NCBI GenBank assembly: GCA_963696065.1
Contig: CAVOIF010000007.1
Span: 208,707 to 272,706, forward strand
DNA: 64,000 nt
Reading direction: 5' to 3'
Source: an uncultured Actinomycetota bacterium
Lineage (GTDB): Bacteria; Actinomycetota; Actinomycetes; Mycobacteriales; Nakamurellaceae
Shown here: in pieces, positions 31,472 to 41,181 of the stretch
Layout: every line of letters begins with the position of its first letter
Position numbering within the stretch: the first letter of the stretch is position 1
The notes under the pieces: model-generated
Databases searched by the model: none
What the model was told of the DNA's origin: nothing
Seen by the model: the letters and a program-made list of their open reading frames with translations, nothing else
Position numbers and translations under genes: made by a program

Positions 31472-32212
31472 GTGATCGCGGCCGATCAGGGCACCACCGT
31501 CACCGGCTCGGTGGCTGCGTCATCGACGGCCGGCACCGCCCTGCCCACGTCATCCGTCGTTCCGGCCGACGCGGTTCCCAGCCAGCCGGGTCCGCAGTCA
31601 GGCGTCACGGTGAACGAACCGGCCGTAACCGATCAGACACGGCGCCGGCGGCAGGATGTCGGTGATCTGGTGGTCCGGGCCGGGACGGCGTTCGACGAGT
31701 ACCGGCAGGGTGTGCCGGGCGCCATCGACACTCTGGTCCGGCTGGTGAGCCCGTTGCTCTGGCACACCGCACGGCAGTGCGGATTGACGGCGGCGGAGTC
31801 GGAGGACGTCGTCCAGCAGACCTTCATGTCGCTGGTGCGCAGCAAGGACAGCGTGAGCGATCCGCTGGCCGTTGTCCGCTGGCTGACGGTGAGCCTGCGC
31901 CGGCTGGCCTGGCGCGAGCGGGCGAACAGCGCCAAACGATCGAATGAAGAGCCGACCGACGACGACCTGCCGAGAGCACCGTCGGCCGAACACACCGCCG
32001 TGCTCAGCGATCAGCAGCGACGACTGTGGGAGATGGTCGCCGAATTGTCCGAACGGTGCCGCCGATTGCTGGCGGTGATCGCCTTTGCACCACGACCTGA
32101 TTACGCCGCAATCGCAGTGGATCTGGGCATACCGGTGGGATCCATCGGTCCAACACGAGGGCGCTGCTTGGCAAAGCTGCGGGCTCGACTCGACGGGGGA
32201 GACTGGACATGA
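31472..32212 (+). CDS. ECF-type RNA polymerase sigma factor with low-complexity N-terminal extension
   Basis: Region 2 'ESEDVVQQTFMSL...WL'; region 4 'LSERCRRLL...YAAIAVDLGIPVGSIGPTRGRCLAKLR'. GGGAGG RBS 8 nt before GTG 31472. Confidence 0.9.
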   Translation: MIAADQGTTVTGSVAASSTAGTALPTSSVVPADAVPSQPGPQSGVTVNEPAVTDQTRRRRQDVGDLVVRAGTAFDEYRQGVPGAIDTLVRLVSPLLWHTARQCGLTAAESEDVVQQTFMSLVRSKDSVSDPLAVVRWLTVSLRRLAWRERANSAKRSNEEPTDDDLPRAPSAEHTAVLSDQQRRLWEMVAELSERCRRLLAVIAFAPRPDYAAIAVDLGIPVGSIGPTRGRCLAKLRARLDGGDWT

Positions 32213-32787
32213 CGGCATCTGATGGCGTCCCCGATCGGACGGGTGTGGCCAACACCGCCGAAGGCGTTTTGGCGTTCGATCTGGATGACGAACTGGATCC
32301 CGACGCAGGCCCGATGGATCGCGCGGACCTGCGGATCCTCAGCGACCTGTTGGCCATCTACGACACGGTCGATCCGATGCCCGAGATGCTGCCTGACCTG
32401 GTGCTTTTCGGGCTGGACGCGCAGAGCCTGGACGCCGAGTTCGCCCGTCTGGTGGAGTCCGAACTCTCCGTCTCCGGCGCGTCCGGCACCCGGTCCGTCG
32501 AGCACGCCCGACGGGTCACGTTCGCCAGCGACAGCCTGACGGTGATGGTCGTGGTGAACCCGCAACGCGACGGTTCGGTGCGGCTGGACGGTTGGGCAGC
32601 TCCCGGCGGGCGGTTGCACGCCGAGCTGCGGGTGGGTGACCAGACGCTGACCGCCGAGTGCGACGAGTCCGGGCGGTTCGTCTTCGACGCCGTCCCGGCC
32701 GGCCCGGCGCAACTGGTGCTGCATCCGACCCTGGATTCCGACCCGTCGCTGACCCTGCCCGTGGTGACCCCCGCGGTGCACCTGTAG
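32209..32787 (+). CDS. Soluble hypothetical protein coupled to the ECF sigma (C-terminal beta-sandwich, carboxypeptidase-regulatory-like); candidate anti-sigma
   Basis: ATGA overlap with the sigma stop; acidic helical N-terminus; 'RLDGWAAP...DESGRFVFDAVPAGPAQL'; no TM segment. Confidence 0.7.
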   Translation: MTASDGVPDRTGVANTAEGVLAFDLDDELDPDAGPMDRADLRILSDLLAIYDTVDPMPEMLPDLVLFGLDAQSLDAEFARLVESELSVSGASGTRSVEHARRVTFASDSLTVMVVVNPQRDGSVRLDGWAAPGGRLHAELRVGDQTLTAECDESGRFVFDAVPAGPAQLVLHPTLDSDPSLTLPVVTPAVHL

Positions 32788-32823
32788 CTGTGGAATCAGC
32801 CGGCGAGAACAACCACTGAATCG

Positions 32824-34353
32824 ATGACCATTCCGTTCGATCTCGCCGAGCGCGGCAGTGCCCACACTGGGTTGGCCGTCCGCGCGTTCGCCGGCCGGAT
32901 CCTGGATGCCCCGTCGATCAGCGCGTCCGACTTCGCCCGGGTACCGACGGCCTACAACGCCGAAGGACTGATCGTCGCCGCCCGCGATGCGACCACTGCA
33001 GGTGCGGTCGGATCCGCCCTGCGCGAGGTGCTGGCCGAGTTCTCCTGTGCGGCAGACGGACCCGACTGGCTGACCGGTGATCGGGCGAGCCTGGACGCGA
33101 ACCAGATTCCCGGCGTGCTGACGTCCGGAGTCCGGATCGTGCCTGGTGACGGAACGTTCGACGGGGGTCGCGGCGGCGGGCCGGATCCGTGGTCGGTGGT
33201 GCAGGAACTGCGGCGGCGGCTCGGCCCCGACCGGGCCGGCTCGGTGAGCCTGAACCATCTGATGACCTCCGCAGAACAGGTGGGCGGCAATCCGTTCGCG
33301 CTCGGCCACGGCCGGATAGGGCTGGACGGCTACGGGGTCAGCGGGGCGGGCGGGCACGGACCGGTGACGTTGACGGTGCAGCCGCCCCGAACAAGTCGGA
33401 CCGGGCGTCGTCCTCGGGTGGTGGTGCTCGACACCGGTGTCGGCGACCATCCCTGGTTCGCCGCCGACCCGCCGGACACCACCATCAGGTTCGACGACGG
33501 CCGGGTGGTGGGACCCGACGTCGCTAGCGGACACCGCCGCGATGAACTGCCCGACAGCCCGACTGACGATCACGACACCGCAGCGGTCGACCCGCTGCTG
33601 GGCAGCCTGCCGACGCACACCGGCCACGGCACGTTCATCGCCGGCCTGCTCCGGCAGATCAGCCCGGACGCGGACATCGTGGCGCTCACCGTGATGCAGG
33701 CGAACGGCATCGTTCCGGAGCACAAACTGATCCGGGCGCTGGATGTGGTGCGGTCCCGTCAGCGGGATAGCCCTGGCTGGGCCGATGCGATCGTGTTGTC
33801 GCTCGGCTATTACGCGGAGACGGGGGAGGACGTCCGCTACACCTCAGGGCTGAAGGACATCCTGTTGGACCTGGGTCGGCTCGGCGTCGCGGTGTTCGCG
33901 GCCGCCGGCAATGATGCCTCGAGTCGACCGTCGTATCCGGCGGCGTTTGCGATCGACCCGGAATTCGCCGATCCCGCCGTCCTGCCGCTGGTCTCGGTCG
34001 CGGCACTGGGCCCCGACGGCTCCGTGGCGCCGTTCTCCAACGATGGACCGTGGGTGACGAGCGAGGCAACCGGGGTCAACCTGGTCTCGGCGTCGCCCCG
34101 GCTGCCCGACGGCGGGGCGAGAGCGGGTCTGGCCTTCCTCGGGCCGGGTGGCCGGGTGCGATCGCTGGTCGACCCGGACGACTTCCGCGGCTTCGCGGCC
34201 TGGAGTGGAACATCCTTCGCGGCACCGGTTCTCGCCGGCCGGTACCTGAACTCCCTGATTGCGACCGGCTTCCCGGCCGGTAACGCCGAACGCCGTGAGC
34301 TGCTCCCGATCGGTCGTAGCTCCCGACCAGAGTTGGCCGTGATCGGGCGATGA
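32824..34353 (+). CDS. S8 (subtilisin-like) serine peptidase 1, no signal peptide
   Basis: Catalytic triad D 'VVLDTG' (33430), H 'HGTFIAG' (33625), S 'SGTSFAAP' (34213); oxyanion N 'AAGND' (33910); about 195-aa N-terminal prodomain. Confidence 0.93.
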   Translation: MTIPFDLAERGSAHTGLAVRAFAGRILDAPSISASDFARVPTAYNAEGLIVAARDATTAGAVGSALREVLAEFSCAADGPDWLTGDRASLDANQIPGVLTSGVRIVPGDGTFDGGRGGGPDPWSVVQELRRRLGPDRAGSVSLNHLMTSAEQVGGNPFALGHGRIGLDGYGVSGAGGHGPVTLTVQPPRTSRTGRRPRVVVLDTGVGDHPWFAADPPDTTIRFDDGRVVGPDVASGHRRDELPDSPTDDHDTAAVDPLLGSLPTHTGHGTFIAGLLRQISPDADIVALTVMQANGIVPEHKLIRALDVVRSRQRDSPGWADAIVLSLGYYAETGEDVRYTSGLKDILLDLGRLGVAVFAAAGNDASSRPSYPAAFAIDPEFADPAVLPLVSVAALGPDGSVAPFSNDGPWVTSEATGVNLVSASPRLPDGGARAGLAFLGPGGRVRSLVDPDDFRGFAAWSGTSFAAPVLAGRYLNSLIATGFPAGNAERRELLPIGRSSRPELAVIGR

Positions 34354-34428
34354 ATCCGCGGCCTTGACGGCGCACTGTTCAACACTGCTGACCCGGTCAG
34401 CCCGTGATTTCCCACCTGGAGGCGCATT

Positions 34429-36082
34429 GTGAACCAGCCCGTGAACCCCGATGGCCCGAACGACCGCGCCCGCGACCAGGGGCGGCGCTTCCTGGAGGAT
34501 CCGCTCACCCGGTTCGATGCCCGGGTGCTGGATCCGTCGACTGCGGTCCGGCTGACGACGGGTGAGGCTCCCTCGGCCACCGTTTACGTCGGCGACACGT
34601 TGCTGGTCACGGCGAGCGACCGCGATGACGCCGAAGAATTGTTGGAGTTGCTGCGCAAGGCCGTCGAGCTGTCCGGGCTGCCGCTGCGATGGTTGGAGCG
34701 AAATCCGTTTCGGCCCAGCGACGACCCGGAACACGATCGGCGGGCCAGACTGCTCACCCTGGCCGCCGAATTCAAGTTGCCGCTGGTCTTCCCGGTGCGT
34801 TTCGAGTCAGCGTCGGACGGACCCGCGCCGGCCGTCGACGTCTGGCCGTTGCTGCAGGCGATCAGGCAGGCCGCCTTCGACGACGGAGACATGCGCCGGC
34901 TGAGCCGAGCGGTTGGGCTGAACCACCTGATGTCGCGGCGGCCGCGAATCAGTGGGAATCCGTTCATGCGGGCACAGCGAGCATCTTCGGCGATCCCTTC
35001 AGCGTGGCATGGCCACCGATCAACGGCAATCCCTTCACCGAGGGGATGGCGGCCGGACTCGAGCAGCTATGCTTCTGCCGGATCCGGTGGTCGAGGACCG
35101 GTCTCCGTTGTGCTTCCCCCACCGCTTCGATCGTCGGCGGACGCCAGCGTCCGCACGTCGTCGTTCTGGACACCGGACTGGGTGCGCACCCCTGGTTCGT
35201 AGCGCGGCCGATGCAGTGGGACTGCAGTTCGCGGACCCTGTGAAGCCAGGTGATCCATCGCTGATCGGTGGGCATGGATCCGAGACAACGGCGATCATCC
35301 GCACCGACCCGGAGGCAGACGGCGCCATCGCCGACTCGATGACCGGTCTGCTCGGCACAGCCACTCCGGACATGGGACATTCATCGCGGGTCTGATTGCG
35401 GCAGGCGTGTGCAGATGCCGACATCACGGCGATCCGGGTGATGGACAGCGACGGGGTCGTTCCAGAAATCGTGCTCACCGATGCGCTGATCGGATCGGTG
35501 CCATCGAGTCCAGAAGGCGAGGTCGATTCGACGCGCTGGTGCTGTCTCTGGGCTATTACTCGGAGACCGGCGACGACGTGACCTACACGGCCGGCCTGCG
35601 CGAACTGTTGCTCGCACTCGCTGCCGCCGGGAGCGGCGATTTTCTGTGCGGCGGGCAATGACTCGACCATGCGACGGAGCTATCCAGCAGCCTTCGCCGA
35701 CGATCCTCGCGTTCACCAACGGCAGCTCACATGCCGATGGCCAGTGTTGCAGCGCTGAATCCCGACTCGACAGTGGCGCTGTTTTCGAACGATGGTCCGT
35801 GGGTCAACGCCGAAGCGCGGGTGCCAACCTGGTGTCGACGGCACCGACCTCCGCCCAGGGTGCCTGGTCTCAGGACACCTCGTTCGAAGGACCACTGAGA
35901 GGCAGCCGAGGCACGGTCGATCCGGATTCCTTTGTCGGCGGTTTCGCGACCTGGAGCGGCACCAGCTTCGCCGCACCGGTTCTCGCCGGACGCTACGTCG
36001 CCAACTTCGCGACAAGGGTCCTCGGACCGTCAAGGACGCGCAGTCGCTGATCGGGCTCGGTCGAACCTCGATCGAGAACTAG
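34429..36082 (+). pseudogene. S8 serine peptidase 2, paralog of peptidase 1, multiply frameshifted in this sequence (error or decay)
   Basis: GGAGG RBS plus GTG. Motifs are spread over different frames: 'LNHLM', 'VVVLDTG' (35169), 'HSGHGTFIAGLI' (35371), 'LSLGYYSETGDDVTY', 'FSNDGPWV', 'WSGTSFAAPVLAG', end 'LIGLGRTSIEN*'. Confidence 0.82.
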
Positions 36083-36142
36083 CAGATGCGCGGCGTGTTC
36101 GGTCGTCCGACATCGATCGTCCCGAAGCGTGATGCTGGATTG

Positions 36143-38739
36143 GTGAGTCGCGTCCGTTCAGGAGACGTCGAGACCCCGAGCGGTCGCACGTCGAGGCTGT
36201 CCGCCGGATGTGGCGACGGGCGCGCCTCGAGGGAGATCGAGGTCATCCGTCTCTCGCCTCCTCCTGGGCGCAAAGGGCCCTGGAGCGGCTTCGGCGGGAC
36301 TGCCCTGACGAAAGCCTGCTACATGCGAGAGTTCTGCTGACCCTGGCGAATCAGATGTCCGAGCTCGGAGATCCGGCAAGATCGACCGCACTGTTGGACG
36401 AGGCGGAGGGGTTGCACCCCGCAGCGACCATCTGGTGCGAGATGAATCGCGGAGTTGTTGCAGGCGCGAATCGGACGGACAGCGGAAGCGATCCGCCACT
36501 TCGAGGTGGCGATCGCGGCTTGCACGACGACACTCTCGACGACGGCGCGGAGCTCTCGCGATCGCCCTGATGAACCGTGGGGTCCTGCACATGTTCGCGG
36601 GTCGACTCGAGAGCGCACAGGCAGACACCGAGGGTGCGCCGGGTGGCACGCGCTGACGGGCGTCGACGTGCTCGCTCTTCATGGCCACCCACAACCTTGG
36701 TTACATCCGTTACCTCGACCGGGGATCTACCAGGCGCTCTGCACACGATGGCGCCGGCCACCGACGTTCATCCAGGTGCCGCGACGGGTGTCCGGCACTC
36801 GACCGCGCTCGGGTCATTCTGTCGTCCGGATTGTTCGGCGAGGCGAAGGACTTCGCTGACGCAGGCCATCGAGTCCTTCGAAAGAACAGAGCGACCGCCG
36901 ACCTCGCCGACGCCCTGTGGTGCGGGCCGAGATCGAGGTTCTCATCGGTGATGCCTCCATCGGCAATCACCAAGACCAGACGAGCGGCGCGGATCGCCGT
37001 ATCGGCGCGGGAACGATCGGCAGCGCTGATCGTCGAGATCCTCGGCCAACGGGCCGCCGCTCGTCTCGGCGAATCGGCACCATCCCGATCCGCGGGCACG
37101 TCGTGACGCCGAACGCGCAGAAGATCTGGCGCGACCGTCTACAGGCGCGGACATGTCGAAGACGCGTCGGGCCGTCCGGTTGCTCGAGGCAGAAGCGTTG
37201 CTCGACACCGGTGATGACGCCGGCGCCGAGAAGCTGGTGATCGAGGTGCGCGCCGAACGACCGGTCGACCTGCCGCTGGCGTGCCCGACTGCACGCCAGG
37301 CTGCTCGCCGGCCGGATCGCATCGTCACCGGACGTCGGACGCGCCGGCCTGCCGCAGGTCCGTCGAGGGCTCGATGATCTCGCCGATTTCCAGGCGCAGG
37401 TTCGGATCACAGGATCTGCAATCGGCAGCCGCGTGCACGGTCGGGAGCTGACCAGACTCGGCCTGCGAACCGCTGTCGCCACTGGATCACCCGCCGCGAT
37501 CCTGCAATGGTTGGAACGCGCAAGAGCCGTCACCACGAGATTGCCCGCCATCCGACCACCGGTCGACCCAGTCCTCGCAGAGGATCTGGGCGCGCTTTGC
37601 GCATGGCCGACGAGCACGCACGGTCCGCCCTGTTGTACGGCGGCCGAGATCCACAGCGGCGGATCGTCGGGTCGCCGAACTGCGGAGGCGGGTACGGGCC
37701 ACGCTCGTGGACCGCGTCCGGGATGGGGAAGGCCGATAGGCCACCGACATTGACCGCGGTGCAACGAGCATTGGCCGAGCACCGACCGGATGCGGGAGTG
37801 GTCGCGCTGTTCGTCGGGGGCGGGCAGATCCATGCGTTGGTGATCACCGCCGGGCGCGCCGTGCACCGGGTGCTGGCCGAGCGGAACGGCATGGAACGGC
37901 AGCGGCATCGGCTGCAGAGCGACCTTGACCTGCTGGCCGAGGAGCGGGTCCCGGACGCTGTGAGGGCGGTGGCCGCCCGTTCGTTGGCGTCCTCCCTGCA
38001 GCAGTTCTCGGACGTGTTCACCCCGGTGCTCGACGTCGTCGGCGCCGGTCCGGTGCTGATCGCCGCCGTCGGTCAGATGGCGACCGTGCCGTGGCTGCTG
38101 CTACCGGGACTGGCCGGACGGCCGGTGACGGTCTCGTCGTCGGTGACCAGGGCGCTGGCCGGGTTGACGACTGCTCGATCCCGCCCGGCCGATCACGGGG
38201 TGCTGGTCGCCGCCGGTCCCGGACTGTCGAACGGGGAGAAGGAAGCCTGCGCCGTTGCCGCCCTGCACCCGGGCTCGCGCCTGCTGGTCGGCGCGGACGC
38301 GACCGGTCGAGCCGTCCTCGACGCCATCCCGCAGGCGGGCCTGGTGCACATCGCCGCGCACGGCCACCACGAGGCGGAGAACCCGTTGTTCTCCGGTGTG
38401 CAGTTCGCCGACGGACTGCTGTTCGGCTACGACCTGGCGCCGAATCCAACCCTGCCCGGCCAGGTGGTGCTGTCCAGCTGTGATGTCGGGCAGACCGACG
38501 ACCGGCCCGGTGGCGAGCCACTCGGACTGGTTGCTGCGCTGGTCCGCAGCGGGGTGCCGACGGTGATCAGCGGGACCAGCAAGATCTCTGACACCGTCGC
38601 CGAGGCCACCATGGTCGGCTACCACGAGCGACTGATCGACGGTGCCAGTCCGGCCACCGCGCTGGCGGAAGCGGTGGCGGCGGCGGGCGCGGATTCCGGG
38701 TTGCCGGCGCCGTTCAGTTGCTTCGGTGCCGGCCTCTGA
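36143..38739 (+). pseudogene. TPR-CHAT (caspase-like) protease 1; 5' half frameshifted, C-terminal CHAT domain intact; start approximate
   Basis: Fragments match the 44263 paralog in order ('THNLG', 'LDRARV', 'DLADAL', 'AVRLLEAEALL', 'HGRELTRLGLRTA...ILQWLER'). Catalytic His 'HIAAHG' (38359) and Cys 'LSSCD' (38479). Confidence 0.85.
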
Positions 38740-38800
38740 CCCGGCGGAAGCCCAATCGGCTGCCAAAAACGCCCGGGTGCGGCCGCGGTGCTCGACACGT

Positions 38801-39574
38801 CTATGCGTCACGCCACCGGAGCATCACCGCGGCGGCAACCATCGCAGTGGTGGCCCACGCAGCAAGGACACCCATCCCCATCCAGGGGCTGATCGCGAGG
38901 CTCTGCAGGTCGACGGTCGACTGAATGCCGAGGCCGGCATTCGTGGGTGCAATCTGCTCGAGGCGCCGCTTCCAATCCGGGTCGCCGACTACCTGGATCA
39001 GAATCGGAAAGAGGTACAGCAGTCCGAGGACGACGCCGACGGCCACCGCAGTGTCTCTGATCAGGGTCGCCATCCCGAGGCTGAGCAGACCGATCAAAGC
39101 GAGGTAGAGAATCGACCCCGCTGTCGCCCGCAGCGTTTGCGGGTCGGTCAGGGACAGCACAGTGAAACCGTTGGTTGCGGTGAAACCGTTGCCTGGCAGG
39201 GTGAGCCTGGCCAGCATCAGCGACCCGAGCACGGCGACAGTGCCGGCGAGCAGCACCATGCCGGTGAGCACAGTGGCCTTCGCCGCCAGCATCGGCCACC
39301 GCCGAGGAATGGCCGCCAGGGTGCTGCGGATCATCCCCGAGCTGTACTCGCCGGTGATGATCAACACCCCGAGCACGGCCACGACCGCCTGGCCCGCCTG
39401 AACTCCGACGAGGCTGATCTTCACCTGATCCTGCAGTTCCCGGGCCTGGAAATGCACCGCTGACGTGGCCAACCAGCTCAGTCCGACCGTCAGCACCACC
39501 ACCACGAGCAGCAGCCATCCGGTCCCCGGGACAGTGCGGAGCTTGGTCCATTCCGCGTGCAGCGCGGATTTCAC
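38801..39574 (-). CDS. ABC transporter permease (LanE/G-like ABC-2 membrane subunit)
   Basis: 'LHAEWTKLRT', 'ITGEYSSGMIRSTLAAIPRR', 'LAAKA'; GTG start overlaps the upstream stop. Confidence 0.88.
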   Translation of the reverse strand: MKSALHAEWTKLRTVPGTGWLLLVVVVLTVGLSWLATSAVHFQARELQDQVKISLVGVQAGQAVVAVLGVLIITGEYSSGMIRSTLAAIPRRWPMLAAKATVLTGMVLLAGTVAVLGSLMLARLTLPGNGFTATNGFTVLSLTDPQTLRATAGSILYLALIGLLSLGMATLIRDTAVAVGVVLGLLYLFPILIQVVGDPDWKRRLEQIAPTNAGLGIQSTVDLQSLAISPWMGMGVLAAWATTAMVAAAVMLRWRDA

Positions 39575-41181
39575 GCGTCCCGCCGCTGCAGTGCGACATT
39601 CGCCAGGCCGAGAGCCAGTGCCGTCCAGATGCAGAGCACCGCAAAGCCGGCCCAGGGTGCCAGCGGGAAGAACCCGATCGACGGCAGATAGGCGGTGTCG
39701 ACCTGTGCGTACTCCGGCGTGCTTTGCGTCACCGCGAAACCGGCGGCCGGGGTGATCCGCAGCAACCACTGCGCGGGATCGGCAGGCAGCACGGACGCGA
39801 CCGCGAGCAGATACGGCAGCACGGTCAGCAGGATGGTGACGGTCAGCGCGGCGGCGCTCCGCCGCAGGATGGTCCCGACGGCCAGGGCGAACACGGCGGC
39901 AAGAGCAAGGAGCGCGGCGGTCCCGACGACCACCCGCACTTCGGTGAGTAACGAGACCGGGAGAACGATCCCGCCCGCGCTTCGTCGCAGCTGGGTGATG
40001 ACAACCACCGCGATCAGAGCCGAGACCAATCCCACGACAAACGTGGCAGTGCCAAGAACGACGGCTTTCGCGGCCAACACCCGGCCACGGCGAGGACTGG
40101 CGATGAACGTGGTGCGGATCAGGCCCCGCCGGAATTCCGCAGTCACGAACGATGTGCTGACCACCAGGATGGCGACCAATCCGGCAAAGACCCCGACCAG
40201 ACCGCGTTCGATGGTGTTCCCGCCGGGACCGGCAACGGCCGGGGCGATGTCGCCGGATCCGGTCATGGTGAAGGTGCCGTCCGATTCGACGAACTGCTGC
40301 ACCGCGGGGGCTGCGGCAACATTCCGGTCCGGGCCGTTTCCGCCGGCCTCACCCGGCTGGTCGGAACCGCTGGAGTCCTCGCCGTCGATGCCCAGCACGG
40401 TCCACTCGCCTCCGGAGGCCCCTCCTTCCAGGTCGACGTTGTCGAACGCCGCGGTTGCCTGGCTCTGATCACCGATCGAGTTGGTGCCGCCGACTTGTTG
40501 TGTGGTGACCTCGTATTCCGGAGACGCAACGAACATCCCCGCGTGCACCGTGGCGGGATTCCCGGTCAGCTGTGCGGTCCCGACCGGGATCCAGGTCCTC
40601 CCGTCGGTGGATTCGTATCCGGTCACGGTGTCGCCGGCCCTGGTCAGTCGCAGCCAGTGCGGCTCGGTCGACGGGATCTGTGCGCCGGCAACATCATTCG
40701 TGAAATTGTCCTGCATGCGAACACCGTGCCCGCCGGTGAGCATGACGGCTGCGTACGGCGATCCCTGAGTGCCGCTCTCCTTGATGATCACCCCCGCCTT
40801 CGCCCATGGCACCACGCCGGGCCGGGTTCTGCCCGCCACCGGGTCCGCCCCCTCCGGAGCGTCGAAATCAGGAATCCTGCCGGTCAGTGAACTCACCCGG
40901 GCGGTGATGCTGCCGTCACCCGTCAGCTCCTGCTGGACGAAGACGAAGCGGTCCACCACAGCCTCACCGTTCGGGCCGACGACAACACAGTCGGTCGCGG
41001 CGCCGCACGGCGTCGGCCCGCCCAGCACGGTGAAACCGAGCAGGACGGTCAGCACCGCTGCGAGCAACAGGCCGATCACCCAGCCCCGCACGGTCCGGAA
41101 CTTTGTCCACTCCGATCTGACCAACTGCGCGAAACCAGCTTCGGTGACGACGATCTCGGATCGATACGCGGTGGCGGTCAT
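39571..41181 (-). CDS. ABC transporter permease with a large inserted extracytoplasmic ConA/LamG-like (DUF1349-like) domain
   Basis: 'LVRSEWTKFRT', TM1, then about 250 aa soluble ('GDGSITARV', 'WAKAGVIIK', 'HWLRLTRAGDTVTGYESTDG'), then 'TAEFRRGLIRTTF' and five TMs. Confidence 0.85.
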   Translation of the reverse strand: MTATAYRSEIVVTEAGFAQLVRSEWTKFRTVRGWVIGLLLAAVLTVLLGFTVLGGPTPCGAATDCVVVGPNGEAVVDRFVFVQQELTGDGSITARVSSLTGRIPDFDAPEGADPVAGRTRPGVVPWAKAGVIIKESGTQGSPYAAVMLTGGHGVRMQDNFTNDVAGAQIPSTEPHWLRLTRAGDTVTGYESTDGRTWIPVGTAQLTGNPATVHAGMFVASPEYEVTTQQVGGTNSIGDQSQATAAFDNVDLEGGASGGEWTVLGIDGEDSSGSDQPGEAGGNGPDRNVAAAPAVQQFVESDGTFTMTGSGDIAPAVAGPGGNTIERGLVGVFAGLVAILVVSTSFVTAEFRRGLIRTTFIASPRRGRVLAAKAVVLGTATFVVGLVSALIAVVVITQLRRSAGGIVLPVSLLTEVRVVVGTAALLALAAVFALAVGTILRRSAAALTVTILLTVLPYLLAVASVLPADPAQWLLRITPAAGFAVTQSTPEYAQVDTAYLPSIGFFPLAPWAGFAVLCIWTALALGLANVALQRRDA

